Source: a virus (taxonomy: Duplodnaviria > Caudoviricetes). Taken from it: DNA of 57,654 nucleotides. The notes under the pieces are model-generated. The model was not told the origin of the DNA. It saw only the letters and a list, made by a program, of their open reading frames with translations, and ran no database searches. Below are positions 9,216 through 18,192 of the stretch, one piece after another; the first letter of the stretch is position 1; every line of letters starts with the position of its first letter. Location of the stretch: IMG/VR virus record IMGVR_UViG_3300035661_000074, positions 1-57,654 of that record. The stretch is one strand, 5' to 3'. A program made the translations under genes and the position numbers.

Positions 9216-10514
9216 ATGTCTCAGACCTCAGTACCGCAGGGCTCGTCCCTAGCGGTGAAGGAATACAGCGTCGCGCTTTTCGCGCAGTCGCTGCGTAACC
9301 CTTCGATCATGCGCAACCTGACCGGCCCCGCGCCGCAGATTGCCGACGCCCAGCGCAAGCTGAAAAACCAGACTGCGCCGTCGATGCCGGTGGTGCGTGT
9401 TACCGATCTGTCGAAGACGGCCGGCGACACCATCTCGGTCGATTGCGTGGACATCATCGGTGGCAAGCCGATTGTGGGTGACCGCAACGCGGAAGGTAAG
9501 GGCGAAAAGCTCACCACTTCCTCGATGGACATCCGCATCGACCTCGTCACCAAGGTCGTCGATTCCGGCGGCAAGATGAGCCAGCAGCGCACGAAGCATT
9601 CGCTTCGACAGCTCGCCATGGCGAATCTCGGCGGCTACATGCCGCGCATGGAATCACAGGCCATCCTCGTGCACCTGGCCGGTGCCCGCGGCCAGCAGAG
9701 CGATTACACCTGGGCCATCCCGCTCGACACTGATACCGACTTCTCGGACATCATGGTCAACACCGTCAAGGCGCCGACTTACAACCGGCACTACGTGGTC
9801 GACCCGTCGGGTTCGCAGCTCAATCTGGTGCAGGGCGGCTCGAATATCAGCAGCCTGGCCAGTTCGTGCACCTTCAAGCTCGAGCACATCGACTACATGC
9901 GTCGTGTGATCGATGACCTGGCGTTCCGTCCGCAGCCGATCAAGATCGACGACGATCCGGCGGCCGAAGACGAACCGCTCTACGTGTGGCTGGTCAGCCC
10001 GCGCGTGTATCAGGATCTCATCGCCAACACGGCGAACCTGAACCTGCGCACCTTCCAGCAGAACGCGTGGAACCGCGCGTCGTGGGGCAGCAAGCACCCG
10101 CTGTTCAAGGGTGAAGTCGGGATCTGGAACAACATCCTCGTCAAGAAGGTGGATTACTCAATCCGCTGGGCAGCCGATGGTGCCAGCACCACCAAAACCA
10201 ACGCTTCCACCGACACCACCGGCCAGGAAAGCAACACGACCACCATGCCGTCGGTCGCGGGCTATTGCGTCGAACGCACGATGCTCCTGGGTGCGCAAGC
10301 GCTCGGCAACGTGTACGGCCGCAACCAGACCACCGACTACTACTACGGCTGGTTGGAGCACTGGTACAACTTCGAGCGCAACCTTGAGATCGCCGCAGAA
10401 ATGATGGGCGGCAAGGCCAAGCTCCGTTTCAGCCCCCCCGACAGCAACGGTACCCCGACCCTGACAGATCATGGCGTGTTCGTCATCGATGTGGTCAGCA
10501 AGGGCGCTGTTTAA
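9216..10514 (+). CDS. Major capsid protein, N4-gp56 family
   Basis: 432 aa. Motifs PVVRVTDLSKTAGDTISVD, GGKMSQQRTKHSLR, VHLAGARG, NTVKAPTYNRHY, HPLFKGE and DHGVFVID. Confidence 0.92.
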   Translation: MSQTSVPQGSSLAVKEYSVALFAQSLRNPSIMRNLTGPAPQIADAQRKLKNQTAPSMPVVRVTDLSKTAGDTISVDCVDIIGGKPIVGDRNAEGKGEKLTTSSMDIRIDLVTKVVDSGGKMSQQRTKHSLRQLAMANLGGYMPRMESQAILVHLAGARGQQSDYTWAIPLDTDTDFSDIMVNTVKAPTYNRHYVVDPSGSQLNLVQGGSNISSLASSCTFKLEHIDYMRRVIDDLAFRPQPIKIDDDPAAEDEPLYVWLVSPRVYQDLIANTANLNLRTFQQNAWNRASWGSKHPLFKGEVGIWNNILVKKVDYSIRWAADGASTTKTNASTDTTGQESNTTTMPSVAGYCVERTMLLGAQALGNVYGRNQTTDYYYGWLEHWYNFERNLEIAAEMMGGKAKLRFSPPDSNGTPTLTDHGVFVIDVVSKGAV

Positions 10515-10539
10515 CGCCGGGTAGGCAAGGAGAACTGAT

Positions 10540-11007
10540 ATGACAGTAGTGACCACCTTGGCGACTGACCTGACGACTCGCAGTCGTCACGTCGGTGCAT
10601 ACGGTGAAGCGACCATCTTTGATAGTGGCCTCTTCACCCCAACCTCCAACAACAACTCCGGTGACATTTGGAAGATCATGCGCATCCCTGCGGGTGTGGA
10701 GATTGAACAGTTGTGTATCATCAACGGCGACTTTGATACCAACGGTTCGCCGACCTTGGCATGCAAAGTGGGCTACACCCCAGTCGGCAGTTCGCCGGCA
10801 GCGGTGGATGACTATTTCATCGCTTCTGGTTCGACCATTCTCCGCGCACCCGCGGTGACCTGGGCGGACTTCAAGAGCGGTGCCAACGGTGCGCTTCGAG
10901 TAGACCTCGACATCGACTTGATCATCACCCTGACCGCCGTTGCGGCGACCTGGGCGTCGGTCAAGCTTCGCATGTCGGCGATCTGCCGAAATCTCGGCAT
11001 CAAGTAA
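10540..11007 (+). CDS. Putative capsid decoration or minor head protein
   Basis: AAGGAG RBS; beta-rich 155-aa protein directly after the capsid gene. Confidence 0.6.
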   Translation: MTVVTTLATDLTTRSRHVGAYGEATIFDSGLFTPTSNNNSGDIWKIMRIPAGVEIEQLCIINGDFDTNGSPTLACKVGYTPVGSSPAAVDDYFIASGSTILRAPAVTWADFKSGANGALRVDLDIDLIITLTAVAATWASVKLRMSAICRNLGIK

Positions 11008-11019
11008 CGCCGAGTATCG

Positions 11020-11053
11020 AGCGGGCTGGGGTCACTCAGCCCGCTTCTTTATT
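11020..11053 (+). terminator. Rho-independent terminator after head genes
   Basis: AGCGGGCTG...CAGCCCGCT stem followed by TCTTTATT. Confidence 0.65.
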
Positions 11054-11067
11054 CCAAGGAGTTTTCG

Positions 11068-11622
11068 ATGGCACAGTCCAATGTTTCCCCGCAGAGCCCG
11101 ATGTCTCCCCGCATAGAGGCGACGGGCGGCAAAGCTGGCGGCAAAGCCTCGCGCGATGGCGCCGCTGCGCCGCCGAGCAACGATCCGTCGACGACTATTC
11201 AGCCGTCGATTTCGCATCTGGTGCCGGCCAATCCGACCAAGCCGCACGACACGCAACAGTACGACAGCAAGACTGGCAAAAAGGCGATGAACGAGCAGGA
11301 GGATATGGAGGTCTCGATGTCGTCGCCGAAGTCCGGTAAGGCGCGCGCCAATCAGGCGCTGAACGAAAAACAGGAAGCGCCGCGCTCGCGCTACGGCAAG
11401 GATACCGATGGCGATAAGAACGAGCCGGACATGGATGAAGACGACGGCATGGTCGGCTCGCCCTATGTCGATCTCAAAAAAATGAACAGTGCCCAGCTTC
11501 GTCAGCACGCCATGCGGCGCTTTGGTATGCGCTACGGCGACAAGGAGACGGATGACCACATCCGTAGCGATATTCAGAAGCGCATGGCCATCAAAACGGG
11601 TATGCAGCGGTATCGCGACTGA
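11068..11622 (+). CDS. Hypothetical protein, largely disordered
   Basis: AAGGAG RBS; low-complexity sequence with a short C-terminal helical motif. Confidence 0.65.
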   Translation: MAQSNVSPQSPMSPRIEATGGKAGGKASRDGAAAPPSNDPSTTIQPSISHLVPANPTKPHDTQQYDSKTGKKAMNEQEDMEVSMSSPKSGKARANQALNEKQEAPRSRYGKDTDGDKNEPDMDEDDGMVGSPYVDLKKMNSAQLRQHAMRRFGMRYGDKETDDHIRSDIQKRMAIKTGMQRYRD

Positions 11623-11954
11623 TGGCAGTCACGATGCAGAACGTCGTCGACCGCGCGCGCGACACGCTCAACGACGACGATAAGGTGCGCTGGGATGACG
11701 CGGAAGCCTTGCGCGCGGCCCAGGAAGCGCTCGATACGGTTTTCATGGTGCGGCCCGATCTGTTTATCTCGCAACTCGCGACCTTCGACAGCAGCTCACT
11801 GACGCTGGACGGCGCGTTCCCCATTGAGGCGCGATACCGCCGCGCGGTGGAGGATTACATCATCTTCCGATGCGAACTCAAGGACGATGAGGCCGTCGAG
11901 ACCGGCCGCAGCGAAGCCACGTACAAGTTCTTCCTTGACCGACTGGTGAGCTAA
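11622..11954 (+). CDS. Head-tail adaptor-like protein (DUF6682-like)
   Basis: Pattern RARDTLND...RWDDAE..A..RPD; located after the head genes. Confidence 0.6.
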   Translation: MAVTMQNVVDRARDTLNDDDKVRWDDAEALRAAQEALDTVFMVRPDLFISQLATFDSSSLTLDGAFPIEARYRRAVEDYIIFRCELKDDEAVETGRSEATYKFFLDRLVS

Positions 11955-12601
11955 TGGCCGCACTGACTGACTTTCTCGACTTCGTGATGATCGAAGCGCC
12001 CGGCGCGGGCACCGATCTGGTCAAGCAGAAGATCCTCGAGGCCTGCATCACCTTCTGTGAGCGAACCAAGGCCTACACCTATGTGCTGCCAGCTATCAAC
12101 GTGGTCGCCGGCCAAGCCAGCTACACGCTGACCCCGGAGGCCGGTTATCGCATTACCGACGTGCTGAAGGACGGCGTCGTCTACAACGGTACGCCGCTCA
12201 ATCCAAACGATCCGGTCAGTCTCGATTTCGTGTTTGGCGACTGGCGCGTCGCGGGTGTCGTCGGGCCACCGGATTATTACATCTCCGACGTCGCGCGCTC
12301 GGCGGTCACGCTGGTGCGCACACCCGATACCAGCATCACGGGCGGCCTGGTGGTGACCGTCGCCGAAGCGCCCATAATCACAGCCACCGCGGTGCCGGAC
12401 GTCCTTCGCGAGCGCTACCACGAGGCCATCAAACACGGCGCTGTCGGTGCGCTCATGGCGATGGCGAAGCGGCCCTGGTCAAACGCTGCGGAAGCAACGT
12501 GGCACATGCAGCAGTTCAACGCAGCTATCGGTGGTGCAGACATCGAAAAGGCACGCGGCTATACCCGTCGCAGCCTACGGTCGACCTGCACCTTTCGATG
12601 A
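11954..12601 (+). CDS. Head-tail adaptor / tail tubular protein
   Basis: Pattern APGA...ACITFCERT...EAIKHGA..LMAM..PWSN, typical of podovirus adaptors. Confidence 0.65.
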   Translation: MAALTDFLDFVMIEAPGAGTDLVKQKILEACITFCERTKAYTYVLPAINVVAGQASYTLTPEAGYRITDVLKDGVVYNGTPLNPNDPVSLDFVFGDWRVAGVVGPPDYYISDVARSAVTLVRTPDTSITGGLVVTVAEAPIITATAVPDVLRERYHEAIKHGAVGALMAMAKRPWSNAAEATWHMQQFNAAIGGADIEKARGYTRRSLRSTCTFR

Positions 12602-14931
12602 TCACGCTCGACCAGTTTCAAGGTCTCGTGCCGAAACGAGACGCCAGAATATTGCCGGGAAATTCGGCGCAGATAGCTGTCAACTGCAAGCTCTGGTCCG
12701 GCGCCATTGATCCCTACCATGCGCCGTTGACCGTGTTCACGCCGACCAAGAGTGGCGCGATGTTGAGCCTGGTCCGCATGGACGACCGTCTCGGTGGCTC
12801 TGACTTCTGGCTGACCTGGCCATTCGACGTCGATGCGGTGCGTGGCCTCGTGGTCGATGCTCACCAGCGGCTCTATTACACCGGGCACTACGAGCCGCGC
12901 GTCACGACCTACGAGATGGCGGCAGTCGGCACCGATACCGTCAACGGCTCGAACAACTATCCGGGTGGCTTTGGCGACACCGGCACGAACTACCCGCTGG
13001 CCTTCTACGCCCTGGGCGCGCCGAATCCGATGACAGCGCCCGTCATCGCCGTGACCGGCGGCACGAAAGCGGACGTCACCCGCGCCTACGAGTACACCTT
13101 CGTCACGGCGTGGGACGAAGAGTCGGGGCCGAGCCCTGCAACTACCCTTGCGGGCAAGCCGGACGGCACGTGGAACCTCTCGCAGATGGACGCGGTGCCA
13201 GTTAATAGCGGCACCGTCATCGGTGGCAGCGCGTCGGGCGATACCATCACGCTCTACACGCAGAACATGAATTGGTGCCGCGCCGGGCACCGCATTGTCG
13301 TGGCCTCGATTGTCGGCCTCACCGATGCAAACGGTTCGTGGGCCCTGACCGACGCGCTGAATAAGAGCTTCACATCCGTCAGTCGGGCCATCACGACGAA
13401 CGTCGCGACCGTCGTGCTGACCTCCGTTGACGGTCTCGTCGCCGGCCAGGTGGTGACGATGGCGGGCCTCGGCGGTGCGGCGGCCTATGTCGGCACGAAG
13501 ACCTTGCTCTCAGTCAACGCGACGACCAAGGCCATCACCTACGCCGCGGTTGCTGCGAATGAAGGCACAACCGCCGACACGGGCGGTTCTTGCAAGCTGG
13601 GTTACATCCAGATCAAGAAGACCTCGGTGCAGACCTATACCAGCGGTGGTACCTGGAAGCGCGAGGCACCGTGGAATGTCGCCAACGCCACCAAGCGAAT
13701 CTATCGCACCCTGACGGGCTCGGTCAGCACATCGTTCCAGCTCGTCGACACCATCGCGGCGGCCACGACGACCTACGCCGATACCATTGCGGACGCCAAC
13801 CTCGGCGCCGTCATCGCGACGGTCGGGTACGACACGCCCGATGGCACGATGACCTGTCTCGCAGGCATGCCCAACGGCATGATGGCCGGCGCCATCTCGA
13901 ATTCCGTCGCCTTCTGCGCGGCCTACAAACCCTATGCGTGGCCGGTTACCTATCAGCAGCCCGTGAACTGGCCGGTGGTGGGTCTTGGGGTTTTTGGCCA
14001 GTCGCTCGCAGTGATGACGTCGGGCGCGCATTACGTGATGTCGGGCACCTCGCCCGAAAGCATTTCGTCTCATGCCGGGGTGATTGCCTATCCCTGCCAA
14101 GCCAAGCGCGGCATTCAGTCGATGGGCTTCGGTGTTACCTATCCCTCCGACGTCGGCCAGGTGCTTATCAGTGCCGCTGGCGTGCAACTACTGACGCAGG
14201 CGTATTACTCGCGCGATGAGTGGCACAGCGTAGCCAATGGCGGGAAGTTCGCGGCGTCGATGGTCTACGACAACCGCTATTACGCCTTCTGGATGGGTAC
14301 GGATGGCGTGCAGGCCGGTCTTGTTATCGACCCGCCTGACAGCGATTGCGTCATCACGCAAAGCACGGTCACGGTCACCGCAGCATGGACCGATCCAGAA
14401 AGCGGGTTGGCCTACATCATCAGCGGCGACGGCAAGGTCGCGAAGTGGGATGCGGACCCGACCTACCGCCTGCCCGCACAGTGGAAGTCGAAGCTTTTCA
14501 ATTTGCCTAAGCCGGTCAATTTCGGAATGGCGGTGGTGGAGGCGGTGTTCGACATCACGGCAGCCGAGGTTCTGGCTATCACAGTGCAGAACGCCGCGCG
14601 CGCCGTTGCCAATGCGGCCCTGATAGCCACCATGCCGGCAGGCACCAACAAACACGACGTGCTGCGCGGCTCAATTGGCTCGTGGGCGCTCGGCACGACG
14701 GCGCTGGCCAAGACCACCCTGCAGGACTTGCTCAATCAGAACCCGCAATACGTGCAGTTCGATGTTATCGCCGATGGCGTGACCAAGTTTTCCAAGACCA
14801 TTACAGCTTCCGCCACCTTCAGGCTCGCTGATGGCTTCCGCTCGGACAATCAGGAATTCAATATCGTCTCCAATGTCCGTGTGCGCTCAGTGAAGATTGG
14901 CATGGGCCCAAAGGATCTGACGCAAGCATGA
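12598..14931 (+). CDS. Tail nozzle / stabilisation protein
   Basis: ATG overlaps the upstream stop. Motifs TRAYEYTFVTAWDEESGPSP, MPNGMMAG, YKPYAWP and WKSKLF. About 777 aa. Confidence 0.7.
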   Translation: MITLDQFQGLVPKRDARILPGNSAQIAVNCKLWSGAIDPYHAPLTVFTPTKSGAMLSLVRMDDRLGGSDFWLTWPFDVDAVRGLVVDAHQRLYYTGHYEPRVTTYEMAAVGTDTVNGSNNYPGGFGDTGTNYPLAFYALGAPNPMTAPVIAVTGGTKADVTRAYEYTFVTAWDEESGPSPATTLAGKPDGTWNLSQMDAVPVNSGTVIGGSASGDTITLYTQNMNWCRAGHRIVVASIVGLTDANGSWALTDALNKSFTSVSRAITTNVATVVLTSVDGLVAGQVVTMAGLGGAAAYVGTKTLLSVNATTKAITYAAVAANEGTTADTGGSCKLGYIQIKKTSVQTYTSGGTWKREAPWNVANATKRIYRTLTGSVSTSFQLVDTIAAATTTYADTIADANLGAVIATVGYDTPDGTMTCLAGMPNGMMAGAISNSVAFCAAYKPYAWPVTYQQPVNWPVVGLGVFGQSLAVMTSGAHYVMSGTSPESISSHAGVIAYPCQAKRGIQSMGFGVTYPSDVGQVLISAAGVQLLTQAYYSRDEWHSVANGGKFAASMVYDNRYYAFWMGTDGVQAGLVIDPPDSDCVITQSTVTVTAAWTDPESGLAYIISGDGKVAKWDADPTYRLPAQWKSKLFNLPKPVNFGMAVVEAVFDITAAEVLAITVQNAARAVANAALIATMPAGTNKHDVLRGSIGSWALGTTALAKTTLQDLLNQNPQYVQFDVIADGVTKFSKTITASATFRLADGFRSDNQEFNIVSNVRVRSVKIGMGPKDLTQA

Positions 14932-15197
14932 GCATCAAGAAGCCCGCCGTTCCATTGCCGGGTGATGCGCAGTTTGACCCGGCCGTCAAAGAGTGCATCG
15001 AGCGAATGATGGGTCGGCGCGGCGGTAAGGTAGCGCTGCTCAACGCGCTAACCGCGCTGTCATCTGCAACGACAAGCAGCGGCACGCTGGCGACTGACTA
15101 TCTTGCGCTGCGCGCCGACTTGGTGACGGTGCGCACCGATCTCGAATCCCTTCGAACCGCATTCAACGCGCTCCTGGCGCAGCTCGAGGACACCTAA
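14928..15197 (+). CDS. Small tail-associated coiled-coil protein
   Basis: 89 aa, overlapping both neighbours, with a heptad C-terminus. Confidence 0.6.
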   Translation: MSIKKPAVPLPGDAQFDPAVKECIERMMGRRGGKVALLNALTALSSATTSSGTLATDYLALRADLVTVRTDLESLRTAFNALLAQLEDT

Positions 15198-16735
15198 TGT
15201 CTGACATCGTCTACAAGGACAACGCGGCGAGCTTGCTCACCACGATCATCAATAACACCGACGATCCGGCGACGGCCTCGATTACAGCTGGCGACGGCGC
15301 CAAGTTTCCGACTATCGGCACCAACTCGCAGAACGGCCAGCCGAACTGGTTTCCGGTGGTGGTGGTTCGGGCCTCGGATAATGCCTACGAGAAGATGAAG
15401 GCGACGGCGCGGTCGACCGACGCCTTCACTTTGACCCGTGCACAGGGCGGCACATCGAAGCTGGCCTTTGCGGTGGGCGACGCAATCTACCTTGGCAACA
15501 CGAAGGAGTATTTCGACGAGTTCCTGACCGCGCAGGACGCGCAATACGGCAAGCCCCACTGGTGCGGCACGGCCGGCGGCACGGAGAACGCGATTACCGT
15601 TGCAGCCTCACCGACAGTGACCGGTCTGTCTGCGGGCCTCGAGGTGGAATTTATCGGGCTGCTCGCCAACACCACGACAGCAGTGACGATTGCGGTTGAC
15701 GGCACCACGGCCAAGAACGTCAAGGATGCCGCAGGCGGCGCGCTGAACATCGGCGACATCGTCGTCGGCGGCATCTACCGCGCGAAGTACAACGGCACTG
15801 AATATCGAATCGTTTCAGGCATCACGCCGGGGAATGCCATCACGGCCGCGATGTCCGCATCGACTGTTACGGGATTCAGGAATCGCCTGTACAACGGAGA
15901 ATTCAAGGTCGACCAACGTAACGGCGGCGCGTCGCAAACGTTCACCGCAGGCGCAGCCTTGGCCTATTGCGTCGATAACTGGTACGGCTACTGCACGGGC
16001 GCCAACGTCCAAGGACAGCAGCTTTCTCCGAATGGCGGCATGGCGCCCCCTTACCTGTATCAATTTACAGGCGCAGCCAGCGTGACCGGCATCGGTTTCG
16101 GGCAACGCATTGAAGCCATCAACTCGGCCGACATGGCCGGCAAGACGATCACGCTGAGCGCAAAACTCGCCGTGACCGGACTTGGCGTGGTGTCGTGGGC
16201 CATCTATTCGCCATCGGTGGCGCTCAACGCGTTCGGAACCCTGGCGGCGCCAACGCGCACCTTGATCGCGAGCGGAACGTTCGCCGCAACAAGCACATTG
16301 ACGAAATTCTCCAAGACGTTGAACAGCATTTCGACGGCTTGGTATTTGGGCATGGAAGTGGTGTTTTCGGTGGGCGCCCTGACATCGGGCACGTTCAAGA
16401 TAGCCGAAGTCCAGCTTGAGGTGGCCTCTGCCGCATCAGAGTTCGAGCACGTTGATTACGCAACCGAGCTTCATCGCTGCCAGCGTTACTATGAAACCGG
16501 CTTGTACGGCCAGGTCCTTCCCATCGCCAACGCATCGGTGGTCGGAAGCTATTATTCCCACGTCGATTTCAAGTCGACGAAATTTGCCGTGCCGACGATC
16601 ACTGGCACGAATGACCAGGGCGGCACGTTCGCATCGAGCTCGGTGGCGGTCGACGGCATGCTCGTCGGCCGCTCAACGGTGGTGGCCGACCGAAGTAATT
16701 CGGGAACCTGGACAGCGTCGGCTGTTATCCCATAA
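15197..16735 (+). CDS. Tail fibre protein
   Basis: N-terminal anchor (NNA..LL, LTRAQGGT..AFAVGD) and C-terminal NRLYNGEF..DQR...EVQLE...ELHRCQRYYE carbohydrate-binding-type fibre domain. Confidence 0.8.
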   Translation: MSDIVYKDNAASLLTTIINNTDDPATASITAGDGAKFPTIGTNSQNGQPNWFPVVVVRASDNAYEKMKATARSTDAFTLTRAQGGTSKLAFAVGDAIYLGNTKEYFDEFLTAQDAQYGKPHWCGTAGGTENAITVAASPTVTGLSAGLEVEFIGLLANTTTAVTIAVDGTTAKNVKDAAGGALNIGDIVVGGIYRAKYNGTEYRIVSGITPGNAITAAMSASTVTGFRNRLYNGEFKVDQRNGGASQTFTAGAALAYCVDNWYGYCTGANVQGQQLSPNGGMAPPYLYQFTGAASVTGIGFGQRIEAINSADMAGKTITLSAKLAVTGLGVVSWAIYSPSVALNAFGTLAAPTRTLIASGTFAATSTLTKFSKTLNSISTAWYLGMEVVFSVGALTSGTFKIAEVQLEVASAASEFEHVDYATELHRCQRYYETGLYGQVLPIANASVVGSYYSHVDFKSTKFAVPTITGTNDQGGTFASSSVAVDGMLVGRSTVVADRSNSGTWTASAVIP

Positions 16736-16737
16736 CC

Positions 16738-17235
16738 ATGGAATTCATATCCTTGAGCGGCTGCCCGAACTGGGACAAGCCCTTCGATGCGCTGGGTGGC
16801 AAGACGCCGGCTGAAGTGTTCAACGGCAACATGCACGCGTTCTCGCTGGCCAACAGCGTCATCCTGCTAAGCAACATTTGGGACGACCTCATCGACCAAG
16901 ACCAGCCGGTCACGCGAACGCAGATCAACAGTGCGTTCTATTGCGCGCTGTCTGAAATTCCACAAAACCCCTTCTTCGCGGCACACCGCGATTACCTTCA
17001 GCCGCTGCTCGACTCCGTGATGGTCTCCTACTTCTGCGCCAACGAATGGGAGCAGACCCAAGACCCGCACGGTATGGAACTGGGGCATGTTCTGAGATAC
17101 GCGCCGACGATCTTTATTGGGGCGGTGGTGAACCTCGCGCACGACGCTATCTATGACGGTCTGCCCGTGCTCTACAAGGCCCTCTGCGGCGAGCGCCGCG
17201 CTGATTACATTCGGGAGATGACTAATGTCGACTAG
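16738..17235 (+). CDS. Hypothetical all-alpha protein with DDxxD motif
   Basis: WDDLIDQD...LSEIPQNPFF; located between the fibre and ejection genes. Confidence 0.65.
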   Translation: MEFISLSGCPNWDKPFDALGGKTPAEVFNGNMHAFSLANSVILLSNIWDDLIDQDQPVTRTQINSAFYCALSEIPQNPFFAAHRDYLQPLLDSVMVSYFCANEWEQTQDPHGMELGHVLRYAPTIFIGAVVNLAHDAIYDGLPVLYKALCGERRADYIREMTNVD

Positions 17236-18181
17236 CATTTTTGGTGGCGGGCAAAAGGCGCCCAAGGCCGATCCGAAAGTAGACAAAGCCTCAACGGCGC
17301 TGCTCGATCAGGGGCCGAAACTGATCGGGCGCGCGAACGCCGTGCAAACCTGGATCGACAAATACGACGCCGATCGCCAGAAACTAGTCAATCCAATGAT
17401 CTCGAAGGTCGGCAAGCAGGCCAATGCGCTAAGCGCGACTGGCGCGGGTCTCAGCAGCACGTTCAACAGCGATTACAAGCCCGCGATGGATCTGCAGGCC
17501 CTGGACGCGGCGGGTGCGAGCTGGCTTTCTCCCGAAGCGCACAAGGCGCAAATCGACGCGCTGCTTCAGCGCAAGATTGCCGGCGGCGCCAATGCAGCGC
17601 AGGCGAATCAGGACGCCAACTACGAAAAGAGCCTCATCGACTCGCAGACCACGGCGGAAAACAACGCGGTCGGCACCGCCACTGCGGATGCAGCACAAGC
17701 CGAAGGCCGCAACGTCCAGGGTCTCTCGATGGAAGCGGGGCGCATGGGCATTGACCCCTCACGCATTCTCGCGGCGCAAGGGGCGAACGCATCCAATTCG
17801 ACCGCGGCGGCTGTCGACGCCGCGCAGCGCGCGCGCTTCGGGGTGCGAGCGGAGAACTCGGCCGCGCTCAACAGCAGTGTCAATACGGGCCTCGCCGTCA
17901 ACAACCAGGGCAATCAGGCAACCGAAGCGGCGGCAAGCGTCAACACGTCCAACGTCGGCAACGTTAACCAGACGTGGCACGAGCGGGTCGGCGATAGGAA
18001 TGCGTCCTTGCCGTGGTACAGCCTTGGCCTGAACGCCACCAACCAAGGTGGCCAGCTCGCCCTCGGCAAGACGCAGGCAAATCAGAACGCGGCGAACGTC
18101 AATCAGCAATCAGGCAATAACTTGGATAGCGCCATCGGAACTGGTTTTGGTTTGTGGGCTAGCGGCGGCTTCAAGACTTAG
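17225..18181 (+). CDS. Putative internal virion / DNA ejection protein
   Basis: Ala/Asn/Gln-rich helical protein with RMGIDPS motif and Gly-rich C-terminus, first in the ejection-gene cluster. Confidence 0.65.
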   Translation: MSTSIFGGGQKAPKADPKVDKASTALLDQGPKLIGRANAVQTWIDKYDADRQKLVNPMISKVGKQANALSATGAGLSSTFNSDYKPAMDLQALDAAGASWLSPEAHKAQIDALLQRKIAGGANAAQANQDANYEKSLIDSQTTAENNAVGTATADAAQAEGRNVQGLSMEAGRMGIDPSRILAAQGANASNSTAAAVDAAQRARFGVRAENSAALNSSVNTGLAVNNQGNQATEAAASVNTSNVGNVNQTWHERVGDRNASLPWYSLGLNATNQGGQLALGKTQANQNAANVNQQSGNNLDSAIGTGFGLWASGGFKT

Positions 18182-18192
18182 GAGAAATCATT

